NCBI GenBank assembly: GCA_028867755.1
Contig: JAGWFT010000001.1
Span: forward strand, 740,727-804,726
Source: Nitrososphaerota archaeon
GTDB taxonomy: Archaea; Thermoproteota; Nitrososphaeria; Nitrososphaerales; Nitrosopumilaceae
Length of the DNA: 64,000 nucleotides
Direction: 5' to 3'
The position numbers and the translations under genes are program-made. The stretch's first letter is position 1; each line of letters starts with the position of its first letter. This document shows positions 24,552 through 35,259 of the stretch, piece after piece. The notes under the pieces are model-generated. The model was given only the letters and a program-made list of their open reading frames with translations. It was not told the origin of the DNA and made no database searches.

Positions 24552-25574
24552 TTACGCTATTTTTAGAGAATCCACAAACACGCCATTTTTGCCCTTTATC
24601 TCACCAATCTGCCTACTCTGTAATCCGTATTTTTTGAATATCTCATCAATTCTTTCCTCTTCATCCTCTGGCGCGATGACACAAAATCCAATTCCCATGT
24701 TAAATGTCTTGTACATCTCTTCTTTTTCTACATCTTGGTTTTCAATCAACTGGAATATCTCCGGGGGTTCAGGCAAGTTGTCTATCACATATCCAATTTT
24801 TTTAAGGCGTAAAAGTTTGGTAAAAGATCCGCCTGTTATGTGTGCAAGTCCATGTATGTTACATTCTCTTATTGCTTCAAGTACAGGCTGGACATAAATC
24901 TCAGTAGGTGCCAAAAGAGCATCACCTAATACGCCCAGTCCCTTTATCTTGTCACGCAAAGAATATTTTGAAAGCAAAACTTTTCTTGCAAGTGAATACC
25001 CATTTGAATGCAGCCCGCTACTCTTCACCCCAATTATTATGTCTCCTGGGTTTATCATGTCTCCAAGAATCATGTTTTGTTTATCTAGAATCCCTGTTAC
25101 CATTCCTGCCAAATCGAATGAAAAATTTTTTCCTGCTATGAGGTCTGGAAGTATGGCAGTCTCCCCACCTACAATTGGAACCTTGGCCTTTTTGGCTCCT
25201 TTGACAAGACCTCGAACAATCTCTTTGAATATGTCTTGGTCATTTCTGTTTGCTGCAATGTAATCAACAAAGGATACTGGAATAGCTCCTATGCATATGA
25301 CATCGTTTACGTTCATTGCGACACAGTCTATTCCCACAGTGTCATATTTTCTCATCATTTGTGAAATTATCACTTTGGTTCCTACGCCATCAGTATGTGT
25401 AGCCAGTAATTTTCCGCCTGGCATCTCCACAATTCCTGCATAGTGTCCAAACCCTGACAGTGTCTTTATTCCCTTTCGCAGTTTGTGGGTTGACGAGATT
25501 AGCCTTCCAATGCCTGCCTGGCTCTGTTTTATTTTCTTAATGTCTATTCCAGTGTCTCTGTATGTTACTCCCAA
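24552..25574 (-). CDS. purM: Phosphoribosylformylglycinamidine cyclo-ligase
   Basis: TYRDTGIDI, HTDGVGTK, GGETA, SSGLHSNGYSL, HITGG, TFNMGIG. Confidence 0.97.
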   Translation of the reverse strand: MGVTYRDTGIDIKKIKQSQAGIGRLISSTHKLRKGIKTLSGFGHYAGIVEMPGGKLLATHTDGVGTKVIISQMMRKYDTVGIDCVAMNVNDVICIGAIPVSFVDYIAANRNDQDIFKEIVRGLVKGAKKAKVPIVGGETAILPDLIAGKNFSFDLAGMVTGILDKQNMILGDMINPGDIIIGVKSSGLHSNGYSLARKVLLSKYSLRDKIKGLGVLGDALLAPTEIYVQPVLEAIRECNIHGLAHITGGSFTKLLRLKKIGYVIDNLPEPPEIFQLIENQDVEKEEMYKTFNMGIGFCVIAPEDEEERIDEIFKKYGLQSRQIGEIKGKNGVFVDSLKIA

Positions 25575-25632
25575 TGAATCTGCTCTAGTTACTCAGAATA
25601 AAAGAATTTTGTGTTGTAATGTGTCTACACTA

Positions 25633-25980
25633 TCAACTATTGGTTTTTTGCATGAACAAATCCAACATCGTTCTTCCCTTGTCTGTTATGAAATAAACAA
25701 CGTTTGACCCAATTGGCTCTTTTTGTATGAAACTATATGCCATGCAAAGATGGAGATAGTTCAGAAAGGACCTCTTCATCCTGATGTTTGACTTTACATA
25801 AAGGTCTGAAAATGTCACAGGCCCACACCTTAGCTGATACAGTAGCTTAAGGATGGATATTGTGCTAAAGTCTCTGGCTCTTGCCTTGACTGAGTCTAGT
25901 ACTTGCTCATCCCTTTTTATGATAAAGTCCGAAAACTGATCGGCTACTTCTACTGGTATGTAAGTCATTCTAGTTCGCAT
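25633..25980 (-). CDS. Winged-helix DNA-binding protein
   Basis: FSDLYVKSNI..KRSFLNYL...YFITDKGR pattern. Confidence 0.75.
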   Translation of the reverse strand: MRTRMTYIPVEVADQFSDFIIKRDEQVLDSVKARARDFSTISILKLLYQLRCGPVTFSDLYVKSNIRMKRSFLNYLHLCMAYSFIQKEPIGSNVVYFITDKGRTMLDLFMQKTNS

Positions 25981-26144
25981 ATTACAGTAGTGGTACGGTA
26001 ATGTACCTTATTAATTCTAACTGATGATTCTTTTGAGCTAATTCATAGCTTTTTTGAACTATTTACGCAACATAAAATAAATCAAACATACCAAAATACA
26101 TCAACTTTCAATTTGTTTTTATCCCGGGCAGATGAAACTACAGC

Positions 26145-26381
26145 ATGCATAGTGCATTTGTGCTTATGAACGCCGAGCTTGGAAAGGAAAACACTATTGT
26201 TACTGAGATTAAAAAAATTCCTAACGTCAAGGAGATCTATCCGGTGTATGGTGTTTATGATGTTTTGATGATAATCGAGTCTGATTCCATGGAAGTCTTA
26301 CGTGAAACGATAACATCCAAGATAAGAAAACTAGATGGAATAAAATCAACACTTACTATGATAATTGTAAAAGATCAATAA
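26145..26381 (+). CDS. Stand-alone Lrp/AsnC ligand-binding (RAM) domain
   Basis: AFVLMN...VKEIYPVYGVYDVL...IRKLDGIKSTLTMI. Confidence 0.88.
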   Translation: MHSAFVLMNAELGKENTIVTEIKKIPNVKEIYPVYGVYDVLMIIESDSMEVLRETITSKIRKLDGIKSTLTMIIVKDQ

Positions 26382-26437
26382 TGCACCTTTGTTTTTCTAT
26401 AATTTAATAAAATTTATTCTAATGGGATTGTGGTATA

Positions 26438-27439
26438 TTGGCTAATGACTTTGTAATGCTTCTGTTATGGTTGGGGGAATTGCTTGTCTCAAGCTGGTTT
26501 CTCTCAGAGGGAGCAGAACATCTATCGGAAAGATGGGGAGGAAGGTTTGTTGGCAGAACGTTACTTAGCGTTGCAACTACATTGCCAGAGATTGGAATTG
26601 TAACAGCTGCTGTAAAGAGTGGTTCTTATGATACGGCACTGGGCTCTGCACTTGGAAGCAACCTGTTTATGATGACTCTGGGGCTCGCAGTGATGCTAAT
26701 AATTGCAACTACTCGTCTCTCAAAATCCCCCCAAAAGTTCATTGATGTAACACAATTTAAGATGGACAAAATACTTCTTGTAATCACATCTGTTGTCGGG
26801 GCAGTCTTATTTGTAAATGGATATGACATGACAGACGGAATTTTGTTTTCAGGACTGTTTGGAACATATCTATATCTTGCTTACCGAGAGATGAAAAAAG
26901 AAAAAACACAAGAAAGGTTCGAATCTGAACTTCACGAAACTACAAAAAAAACCACAAAGCATTTTGCACGCTCGATGTTATTCTTCGCAGTTGGTACTGT
27001 GGGAATATTTTTTGGAGCAGGACCTTTTGTCAATACTCTTCAGGGAACAGCATCTGATCTAGGACTCTCAGTTGTAGTCCTTGCTGTAATTGTAAGCCCA
27101 ATAGCAGGAGAGATGCCTGAGAAGATATCTATGATTCTCTTGGCAAGAAAGGGAAGCAATGGGGCATCCATTGCAATAGCAAATGTGCTTGGATCCAAGA
27201 TAGTGAACAACACATTACTTTTATCAGTAGCAATTTTTGCAGCAATTGGCTATAAGGGGTTGGGTACAACGATCAAAAACACATCACTTTTAGAAAATCA
27301 GATGATACTTGTCACAGTAATAACAATTGTTGCACTGATACCTATGTTTCGAAACAAGATGGGCTTGCGTTCAGGCATGATGCTGTTGGCACTCTATGCG
27401 ATAGGTATTGGATTCCAGTTTGTACTTTCTGGTCACTAG
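26438..27439 (+). CDS. Sodium/calcium exchanger (CaCA) family protein
   Basis: alpha-1 repeat SVATTLPE and ALGSNLF; alpha-2 repeat GEMPE and NVLGSKIVN. Confidence 0.9.
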   Translation: MANDFVMLLLWLGELLVSSWFLSEGAEHLSERWGGRFVGRTLLSVATTLPEIGIVTAAVKSGSYDTALGSALGSNLFMMTLGLAVMLIIATTRLSKSPQKFIDVTQFKMDKILLVITSVVGAVLFVNGYDMTDGILFSGLFGTYLYLAYREMKKEKTQERFESELHETTKKTTKHFARSMLFFAVGTVGIFFGAGPFVNTLQGTASDLGLSVVVLAVIVSPIAGEMPEKISMILLARKGSNGASIAIANVLGSKIVNNTLLLSVAIFAAIGYKGLGTTIKNTSLLENQMILVTVITIVALIPMFRNKMGLRSGMMLLALYAIGIGFQFVLSGH

Positions 27440-28791
27440 ATGGGCTCTACTTTAATTCCATCTACCTTTACAGTTGGCGTGATGCATGGAAGAGCACTCC
27501 ATTGAAGAACATTTCTAGAATCATTTCCTATTGCAGATATGTTCTGCAATAAGACAGGCAAGTTATGCACTATCCTTACTGGCTTGCCTGCATTTACTAT
27601 CATCCCATTTTCTATTATCCTGACCCCACTTCTTGCAGTACATGAAAAATCTCCCCTTTCTGGATTTACCGCGTAGGTGTACCATAGCCTTCCTACAAGT
27701 AAGCCCTTCTTGGTCTCCCTGATGATCTCATCTAGGCCCGTCCTACCTTCCTTTATTCTCAGGTTGTGGGGGATGGGTGCTGGGATGGGGTTTGCAACTC
27801 GTCCCATTGGTGAGCCAACTCTACCTGCATTACCTGTGGGCTCGCGGTTCTCTTTGAATGCATGAAACAAGTCAGAATACGTATCTGAAAAAATGCCTGA
27901 CTCTATCAAGTATCTTGTTTTTGTCGGGGTGCCTTCATCATCAAAGGGTTTACTTCCTATTCCATCTGGAAAGTGTGGATCATCCATCAGACTAAAGTTT
28001 TCTATAGCAACTTTTTTTCCAAGTTTTTCGGTAAAGCAACTTCTTTTCTCAGAATATATCTTTAGGTTGAAATTTGACGCAAAGACAAATGCAAGCATCT
28101 CTCCAATTGCATATGGTTCAAAAATTATGGAGTATGTTTCGGGGCTGCAACTTTTCGGGTTGATTGAATTAATGCACATCTCTTTTGCGTCATTTCCCAC
28201 CTGCTGCGGAGAAAACGAATCAATTGTCCTCGAAGATGATGCACCAATGCCGCTCACAGGCGTGCTTCCATATTCAGAATCTGCGTTAATGGTCCCAGCC
28301 ACATATGTGGCCCTGTCTGAACAGCTCAGACCATTTGTATTTTCAATCTTAAACTCTTCAGATACAATGTTTAACGAGCCAGAGATTCTTGTTATTTTTT
28401 GATGCAATGCAGAATTTATCATGGTGTTTGCGATCTCTATTGCTTGAGATCCTGTGATATTCTCTATTTTTTTGTCAAATGTCTTTTCAACTCTAGGAAT
28501 TTTTCCAGGATGGGTCAGTGTCTTCCAAAATGTCTTGGGTTGTATGAAAGATCTTGTTTGCAGTGCCCTGTCAAGCAGATCTGTCTCTTCCATATTGCTT
28601 GTAAAGGCAGACAGTATCTTTTTTTCATGTATTGCTCGTATACTCAGACCCTCTTCATCATTTTGTTTCATCTCTGCTATCTCAGAGTCAGTTATTCTAA
28701 CAGTGGTGATCTTCTTTGTTACATGCACTGCCTCGCATTCGTCAATGTGCATTCTTGCTGCTTTGCGAAGAATTTGCTCGCAATTTGACAA
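27436..28791 (-). CDS. TldD/PmbA family protein
   Basis: PFDDEGTPT, GNAGR, GDFS, IENG, TPTVKV. Confidence 0.9.
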   Translation of the reverse strand: MSNCEQILRKAARMHIDECEAVHVTKKITTVRITDSEIAEMKQNDEEGLSIRAIHEKKILSAFTSNMEETDLLDRALQTRSFIQPKTFWKTLTHPGKIPRVEKTFDKKIENITGSQAIEIANTMINSALHQKITRISGSLNIVSEEFKIENTNGLSCSDRATYVAGTINADSEYGSTPVSGIGASSSRTIDSFSPQQVGNDAKEMCINSINPKSCSPETYSIIFEPYAIGEMLAFVFASNFNLKIYSEKRSCFTEKLGKKVAIENFSLMDDPHFPDGIGSKPFDDEGTPTKTRYLIESGIFSDTYSDLFHAFKENREPTGNAGRVGSPMGRVANPIPAPIPHNLRIKEGRTGLDEIIRETKKGLLVGRLWYTYAVNPERGDFSCTARSGVRIIENGMIVNAGKPVRIVHNLPVLLQNISAIGNDSRNVLQWSALPCITPTVKVDGIKVEPI

Positions 28792-30057
28792 CTAATTTCG
28801 CCTAGAGTTTTTGTACCTGTATCTATCTAGTTTTATTAATTCCTGATAGGAACCAAACTGACTGGTATCTTCTACCTTGTCAAGCATATCCTCTTCATTA
28901 TCAGAATTAAAAGTCTTGATTATCTTGTATCCTGTTGTTCTCTGGGCGGGGATTCTTCCGATCTCTCTCACGAGGCGTCTTATTTCACCAGGCCTTATTA
29001 GCTGACCATGACCGGCACCTGCAGCAGTAGAGATGCTTTCATTGATGAGCGTGCCACCAAAATCGTTTGCACCACACGTTAACAGCAGCTGTGACATGTT
29101 AGCACCTTCTTTGACCCAGGATGTCTGAATGTTATTGATGTAGTTGTTTAACATTATGCGTGAAACAGCATGAGTTAATATGACATCTCTTCCGTCAGAG
29201 CCACTTTTTATGCCATCATGAAGTTTTTCCTTGAACATTGGAGCTTCAGAGTGAATGAAATTCAATGGAACAAATTCTGTAAATCCACCTGTTTCCTTTT
29301 GTATGTCTCGAATAGTTTCAATGTGTCTTGCCCTATCCTCTGGAGTTTCAAGATGTCCAAACATCATGGTTGACGTAGACGGGATTCCAATTCTATGTGC
29401 TGTCTTTATAACTTCGATCCATTTTTTTACGCTAATTCTTCCAGGCGAGATCTTGTCGCGCAGTGATTGGTTCAAGATTTCAGCAGCTGTGCCGGGAAGC
29501 GAATTTACTCCAGCGTCTCGTAACCTTTGCAAATATTCTTGTATTGAAACATTTGACCTGGTTGCTCCGTAGAGCACTTCTTCTGGAGAAAATCCATGTA
29601 TGTGCATGTCTCCAATCTCCTTTTTTATCGCCTTGCATATGTTTTCATAAGTACTTCCATCCATGTCTGGTGGAAGTCCAGCTTGCACACATACCTCGGT
29701 TGCACCAAGCGACCTTGCTTCCTTTGCTCTTCTTACTATCTCTTCTATTGGCAAAAAATATCCCTCTTCTTCGCGAAAGTCTCTGCTAAATGCACAAAAA
29801 CCACACTGCTTTATGCAGACATTTGTAAAGTTGATGTTTCTGTTAACAACATATGTGACAGTATCACCGACACGCCTTTTGCGAAGTTCATCTGCTACCA
29901 TGGTGACAAGGTGAAAGTCAATTCCATTTGCAGAAAACAGTTCTACCGCTTCTTGTACAGTTACGTCTTTTTCTGCCAATGCTCTATCTAGTGTTTGAGC
30001 AATCAGTGGGTCTGCATGTCTGATTAGTGAATCAAAGAGAGAACTCTGCATCTTCAT
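28792..30057 (-). CDS. cofH: FO synthase subunit CofH
   Basis: NRNINFTNVCIKQCGFCAF, PGTAAEIL, TMMFGH, NIQTSWVK, DFGGTL..ESIS. Confidence 0.94.
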   Translation of the reverse strand: MKMQSSLFDSLIRHADPLIAQTLDRALAEKDVTVQEAVELFSANGIDFHLVTMVADELRKRRVGDTVTYVVNRNINFTNVCIKQCGFCAFSRDFREEEGYFLPIEEIVRRAKEARSLGATEVCVQAGLPPDMDGSTYENICKAIKKEIGDMHIHGFSPEEVLYGATRSNVSIQEYLQRLRDAGVNSLPGTAAEILNQSLRDKISPGRISVKKWIEVIKTAHRIGIPSTSTMMFGHLETPEDRARHIETIRDIQKETGGFTEFVPLNFIHSEAPMFKEKLHDGIKSGSDGRDVILTHAVSRIMLNNYINNIQTSWVKEGANMSQLLLTCGANDFGGTLINESISTAAGAGHGQLIRPGEIRRLVREIGRIPAQRTTGYKIIKTFNSDNEEDMLDKVEDTSQFGSYQELIKLDRYRYKNSRRN

Positions 30058-31223
30058 CTCAGATACTCCTTGCTTACAAGATTATCAGAGTCTGCAATCT
30101 CTGACATCTTAGACTGTAAATTAGATTCAACCATGGAAAAGAACTTGGGATATACAGGGAATCTTGCTCTTAGCTCAAACCCTGCATTTTCACAGTTTTT
30201 TTGTACTGTGTCAATTGAAGGCCAAGAAAATTCTGGATTGACATAATCAGGAGTTATTGGAGATATTCCTCCCCAGTCATTTATTCCAGTTTGAAGAAAA
30301 TCAGGATAAGAGTCAGGTGATAGGTTTGGTGGGATTTGTATGTTCATTTTTGGCATGATTAATCTAGTCAAAGCAACCAAAGTCTTGAAATATCTTTCTT
30401 CTGGTCCAGGCACGTTTCGCATTACAGTGTCAGGCTTTGGCTGAAAGTTTTGCAGTATAACCTCTTGAATGTGGCCATGTTTTTCGTGAATAGATTTTAT
30501 GGTAAAGATAGAATCTATCAACTCAAATGGGCTCTCACCAATTCCTATCAAAAGGCCAGTAGTCATAGGCATTGATAGCTCGCCAGCATTTTCCAGAACG
30601 CGAATTCTGGCCCTTGGGTTCTTGCTTGGGGCAAACTCATGAGGCATCTGCTTTTCCACAAGTCTCTCGCTTGAATTTTCAAGCATCACTCCAATGCTTG
30701 GATTTGTCTTTTTCAGCTCACTCATCTCAGATTTTGTCAAATTTCCAGCATTTGTATGTGGAAAGAGGCCAGCGTCAAGCACCATCTCTGATGCATGAAC
30801 AAGATATTCTATCGTACTTGAAAAACCGTTTTCTTTGAGCCATGCTCTTGCTTCACTATATTTTTGCTCTGGCCTCTCGCCTGTAACAAATAATGCTTCG
30901 GTGCACTTGTACTTGCGTCCAACCAAAGCAAGATTTGAGATGTCTTGCTTTGACATCATAGATACCTTGGATTCTCCAGGCTCTGCCTTGTATGTGCAAT
31001 AAGAACATGTATCGCGACAGAGGTTTATTAAATTAAAAAATACTTTTCTAGAATAGGTGACAGTCTTGCCATTGTTCATGTTTCTGAGAATCTGAGCTGC
31101 CTTGTAAATCTCAAACGGGTTTGATTCTGATTCTTGGTAAATTTGGTATGCCTCTTCCTTTGTGATATCTTTTCCATCAAACACCTTGTTTAATAATTCA
31201 GAATTTAGAAGTATCTTGCTCAA
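30054..31223 (-). CDS. cofG: FO synthase subunit CofG
   Basis: TYSRKVF..L..LCRDTCSYCTY, PHTNAG, TTGLLIGIGE, EVILQNF, QIPPNL, DWGGISP..PDYVNPE. Confidence 0.95.
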   Translation of the reverse strand: MSKILLNSELLNKVFDGKDITKEEAYQIYQESESNPFEIYKAAQILRNMNNGKTVTYSRKVFFNLINLCRDTCSYCTYKAEPGESKVSMMSKQDISNLALVGRKYKCTEALFVTGERPEQKYSEARAWLKENGFSSTIEYLVHASEMVLDAGLFPHTNAGNLTKSEMSELKKTNPSIGVMLENSSERLVEKQMPHEFAPSKNPRARIRVLENAGELSMPMTTGLLIGIGESPFELIDSIFTIKSIHEKHGHIQEVILQNFQPKPDTVMRNVPGPEERYFKTLVALTRLIMPKMNIQIPPNLSPDSYPDFLQTGINDWGGISPITPDYVNPEFSWPSIDTVQKNCENAGFELRARFPVYPKFFSMVESNLQSKMSEIADSDNLVSKEYLR

Positions 31224-31261
31224 CTAGTTTTGTAGCTTAGGGAGTTGTATTTATGCTTGTA

Positions 31262-32380
31262 TTAGAACTGATCAGGTCTTTTCTGAAGAGTAAGAGGTAC
31301 CTGCATGGTCTTGCCGTCACGAATTATTGTCAGCGTCATTTTGTCACCTACCGCTTTTTTGTCCTGTAAAAAGTTTAACAGGTCTTCAATTTTCTTAATA
31401 GCATATCCATCAGCTCCGATAATAATATCTCCGCCAATATGGTATTGAGTACCATTAATGGTCTTTGTTTCCGTATATCCGTGTAATGCTGCCTTTGCAG
31501 CTGAAGTGTTGGGTACTACTGTATTTATCATAAACCCAGATGATGCTGGTAACTGCAAAGTGTCGGCCAAGTCTGCATCAATACTTATTCCAGTTATACC
31601 AAGCCACGGGTGGTCATAATGTCCATTTTGTATTAAAGTTGGAACTATTCTCTTCATGGTGTTTGATGGAATTGAAAAACCTACGCCGGAAAATTCTCCA
31701 GTCTCTGATTGGATTGCAGTATTTATCCCAATCACCTCACCTTGCATGTTGAGAAGAGGGCCGCCAGAATTTCCTGGATTTATTGGTGTGTCAGTTTGAA
31801 TTACATTTGGTATGGAAAAGGAACTGTTTGGAGGATCAAGCAGTCTGCCCACCTGACTTACTATCCCAGATGTTATGGTCCCAGTAAGCCCAAAAGGATT
31901 GCCAATTGCAGCTACTTGGTCTCCAATTCTAAGATTTGACGAGTTTCCAAGTGTTAGAGGATACAAAACATAAGTGCCAGGTTGTACTTTGATGACTGCA
32001 AGATCAGCATATGGATCAGTACCAACTACTGAAGCTGGTAGTGATCGACCATCGTGAAAAACAACTCGAATCTTGGAACCGTCTTGTACCACGTGGTTAT
32101 TTGTTATAATGTGACCGTCTGTATCATAAACAATTCCTGAACCAATATCTTTGCTAGTAGAAGATTCATTTAGTTTGCTAACTATGACCTGAACCACTCC
32201 CTGATCAGACTGGGCAAAAAGATCGGCCAAACTGAGCTGAGAATTTTTTGCTTGGTCAAATGGAGCAGTTTGAGCTAGATGTGAAACATCAAACTTTGCT
32301 GGAGACATGACAAAAACAAATATCAAAACTAATACTACAATCCCATATGCTCCACCCAAAACAGTACTAGTCTTATCCAA
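31262..32380 (-). CDS. HtrA/DegP-like serine protease with PDZ domain
   Basis: GSG, TNNHVV, DLAVIK, GNPFGL, INPGNSGGPL. Confidence 0.95.
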   Translation of the reverse strand: MDKTSTVLGGAYGIVVLVLIFVFVMSPAKFDVSHLAQTAPFDQAKNSQLSLADLFAQSDQGVVQVIVSKLNESSTSKDIGSGIVYDTDGHIITNNHVVQDGSKIRVVFHDGRSLPASVVGTDPYADLAVIKVQPGTYVLYPLTLGNSSNLRIGDQVAAIGNPFGLTGTITSGIVSQVGRLLDPPNSSFSIPNVIQTDTPINPGNSGGPLLNMQGEVIGINTAIQSETGEFSGVGFSIPSNTMKRIVPTLIQNGHYDHPWLGITGISIDADLADTLQLPASSGFMINTVVPNTSAAKAALHGYTETKTINGTQYHIGGDIIIGADGYAIKKIEDLLNFLQDKKAVGDKMTLTIIRDGKTMQVPLTLQKRPDQF

Positions 32381-32494
32381 GAATGAGATTATAGTTGGTA
32401 CTCATATAATATTTTGTTTCGTACAATAAATCTAAAACTACAAGATTGTAAAGGTTCTATCAGGATGTGACATGTGAAGTCAAACAAACACAAT

Positions 32495-33406
32495 CTAGTC
32501 CTGATGTATCTTTTCAACACTGTGACTTTCTTTTGTGACAAGGTATATGCCTGTCAACATTAATGCAATAGCTAAGATTTGGTACAATCCAATTGCTTCA
32601 TGTAGAAATGTCACTGCAAAGAACAAACCGAACACTGTCCCAGTAGAGTAGATGAGCATAGTCCTCACAGTACCTATTCTCTTAAGGCTATGCAAAAACA
32701 AGTAAAGCGATATGCCAAACCCTATCATTCCAACTAGCAATAGATTTGGGATCTCAATAGATGTAATACCTATTGGAATTTTTGAAGCCATGGCAAAAAT
32801 AAAAAGAATTCCGCCTCCGATGAGGCCCTTGAGTTGGACAAGTCTTGAAACATCGACGCGATGAGCTACTATCTTGCTTATGTTGTTATCCAATGCCCAT
32901 AGTGCCATAGATGCTATTATCAAGAGATTGCCCTCTTTTTTTAGATTGGAAAGAAAGTCTGTGAATTGTAAGTTTGTTGTAACAACTATAACGCCTATCA
33001 AGACCAGTGCAACAGCTAGGTATCCGCGTGGCCTGAGCTTCTCTTTGAAAAATACCAAAGCAAAAAGAACCGTAAATATTGTTTCTGAATTAGACAAGAT
33101 TGCTGTATCTGAGGCAGTTGTTTGTTCAAGCCCCGTGAAAAATAAGATTGGTGCAACTATTGCACCTGATGCAGTTATCGCAAGTATGAGCGGCCAATCT
33201 CTTATTCTTACCTGTAATCCCTTTGCTTTGTAAGACAGGGGAACAGAAGCAAGCGCAGCCAATAGGTAAACTAGTGCACCATACATCAATGGATTTGTAT
33301 TTGCAAGCACAGGCTTGGAAGCAGTAGATATTGATCCAACTAGGACAGCACATAAAATGGCTGACGCATATCCTATTCTGGCAGATTTTATGTTTGATTG
33401 AATCAA
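32495..33406 (-). CDS. DMT/EamA family transporter
   Basis: 10 TMs in two repeats, FFKEKL. Confidence 0.9.
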   Translation of the reverse strand: MIQSNIKSARIGYASAILCAVLVGSISTASKPVLANTNPLMYGALVYLLAALASVPLSYKAKGLQVRIRDWPLILAITASGAIVAPILFFTGLEQTTASDTAILSNSETIFTVLFALVFFKEKLRPRGYLAVALVLIGVIVVTTNLQFTDFLSNLKKEGNLLIIASMALWALDNNISKIVAHRVDVSRLVQLKGLIGGGILFIFAMASKIPIGITSIEIPNLLLVGMIGFGISLYLFLHSLKRIGTVRTMLIYSTGTVFGLFFAVTFLHEAIGLYQILAIALMLTGIYLVTKESHSVEKIHQD

Positions 33407-33500
33407 TATTCTTAAAGATCTCTGGCGTTATCTAAACTTCTTTTTGACGTATGCAAAATAGGCAAAAACTTGTCAGTAGTTTTCTTTAGGATTGCCATTT

Positions 33501-34709
33501 CTACAGACTGATTGAATTTTGTACAGTATCTACCATGGAATACGTCCTGCCCCTCCAAGTTACAGCCTTGTTGCTTTTCGCATTTAAAATTCCACTTGCA
33601 AATCCCAAGACAATTATCAAACTACCAAGAGGTGTGCCCAAGGCATACTTGGCAGAAAGCCCAAGACCCTTTGTGGCATCAATTATACTTGCAAGATACA
33701 CAAGACCAGACGCAATCAAAGATATTACAAATAACATGCTAAATGACAAAGACAGTGGTGCAAAGATTGCAGAATAGGCAAGAATTGGAAATGGCAGAAA
33801 CAGCAAAAATAACACTGCAACAAAAATCCCAGTAGCAATGTATCTTGCCTGAAGATACAATGGGGTCATTAGTCGTTTTAATGCATGCCAAAGTGTTGAC
33901 CAATCTCGTGCCCAAACCGCTTCTACTAGATGCTCACCGCGTACCATCTTCATCTTGAACCCTGATTCTTTTACTTTCTTGCCAAGAGCGCCATCCTCGA
34001 CCAGCTCACTTTTCACACCTTCATGTGTGCCCACCTTTGTGTAGGTATCTTTTTTTATGATAAAGAAACTACCAAAAAAATATCCCGTCTTTTTTGAAGC
34101 GTCATTTACTCGAATGGCAGAAAATCTTGTATGCAAAAATGTTGATAATACAGGCAGGGTAATCTTTGTCCATATGTCAAGGCAAAGCATTTTTGGAATT
34201 ACAGTCAAGGCATCCAAGCCCTCACTTAGAAGGTGTGATACGGAAAGAGATATGGTATTTTGAGAATGTGTCGTATCTGCATCTGTAAAAAGTAAAAGTT
34301 CTCCTGTTGCTTTTTTGAAACCCTCTACACAGGCCCAATTCTTTCCCATCCATTTTTCAGGTTTAGGTGCAGCAAGAACATACTTTACTTTTGGGTTATC
34401 CTTGGCAATCTTTTTGATTATATCTCCTGTTTTGTCATCTGATCTGTCATCTATTGCAATTATTTCATAGTTTTCGTAATCTTGATCAATTAATGAGAAT
34501 AGACATTTGTCGATGAATCCTTCTTCATTTCTTGCAGGCAAAATAATGGAAACTTTGGGGGAATTGTGGTGTTTTGAGTTAAATCTATCCAAGAAGGGAG
34601 AGTCACGAAAAGTAATCCACATTGACCTGATAAGAAGAATCCATGTCAAGGAAACTCCTGTCAGTATGGCTATTAGAGAATAATTGAATACGTCTATGAT
34701 AAAATTCAT
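33501..34709 (-). CDS. Membrane-bound GT2 glycosyltransferase
   Basis: SIILPARNEE, DDRSDD, W.GKNWA, FTDADT, VEDGALG; N- and C-terminal TMs. Confidence 0.92.
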   Translation of the reverse strand: MNFIIDVFNYSLIAILTGVSLTWILLIRSMWITFRDSPFLDRFNSKHHNSPKVSIILPARNEEGFIDKCLFSLIDQDYENYEIIAIDDRSDDKTGDIIKKIAKDNPKVKYVLAAPKPEKWMGKNWACVEGFKKATGELLLFTDADTTHSQNTISLSVSHLLSEGLDALTVIPKMLCLDIWTKITLPVLSTFLHTRFSAIRVNDASKKTGYFFGSFFIIKKDTYTKVGTHEGVKSELVEDGALGKKVKESGFKMKMVRGEHLVEAVWARDWSTLWHALKRLMTPLYLQARYIATGIFVAVLFLLFLPFPILAYSAIFAPLSLSFSMLFVISLIASGLVYLASIIDATKGLGLSAKYALGTPLGSLIIVLGFASGILNAKSNKAVTWRGRTYSMVDTVQNSISL

Positions 34710-34715
34710 CAGGCT

Positions 34716-35132
34716 TTATCTCTCAGCTTCTTCTTTAATGCTTTGAAGGGATTGCTCAGTTCCACTTTGGATGTGTTTTTTTATCATTCCGGTGAACATT
34801 CCCATCATGCCTGTTAGCTTGATGTTCCAAATTGCTTCTATCTCTGTTTTTTCTCCATGCGTTGACACCGATATTGTCTTTGTCCCATCAATGATTCCCT
34901 TTGTAAATTGCACGTGAATCTTTTCTTTAGGATAAATGATAACAGTCTGCATGCATTTTGAATCTTTGAATGCAATGGTAACCTCTCGATTTACTGTGTT
35001 TCCTTCTTTTGATATGTTCCTTACTTCCTTGGTACCCTTCCAGAATTTTGGTTCTGAATCAAGATCTGATATTATATCCCAGACTCTATCAAGTGATGCA
35101 TTGACCTCTATTGATGCCTGAATCTGAACCAC
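34716..35132 (-). CDS. SRPBCC/polyketide cyclase-like protein
   Basis: IEVNASLDRVWDIISD...PKFW; GTG 35132 preferred over 35201. Confidence 0.85.
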   Translation of the reverse strand: MVQIQASIEVNASLDRVWDIISDLDSEPKFWKGTKEVRNISKEGNTVNREVTIAFKDSKCMQTVIIYPKEKIHVQFTKGIIDGTKTISVSTHGEKTEIEAIWNIKLTGMMGMFTGMIKKHIQSGTEQSLQSIKEEAER

Positions 35133-35259
35133 ATTTTGAAGAATTCTACCTTCATATTTATTCTGTGACCTGATTTTACATTTGTATGTTATACATACCA
35201 TGTTGAGAATTTGTATGCTGTTTCGAAATCAATTTTAATGAGACAAAAAAAGGTTTTCT

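Noticed and set aside
27893-28402. 169-aa plus-strand ORF
   Set aside because: Antisense shadow of the TldD/PmbA gene; no motifs.
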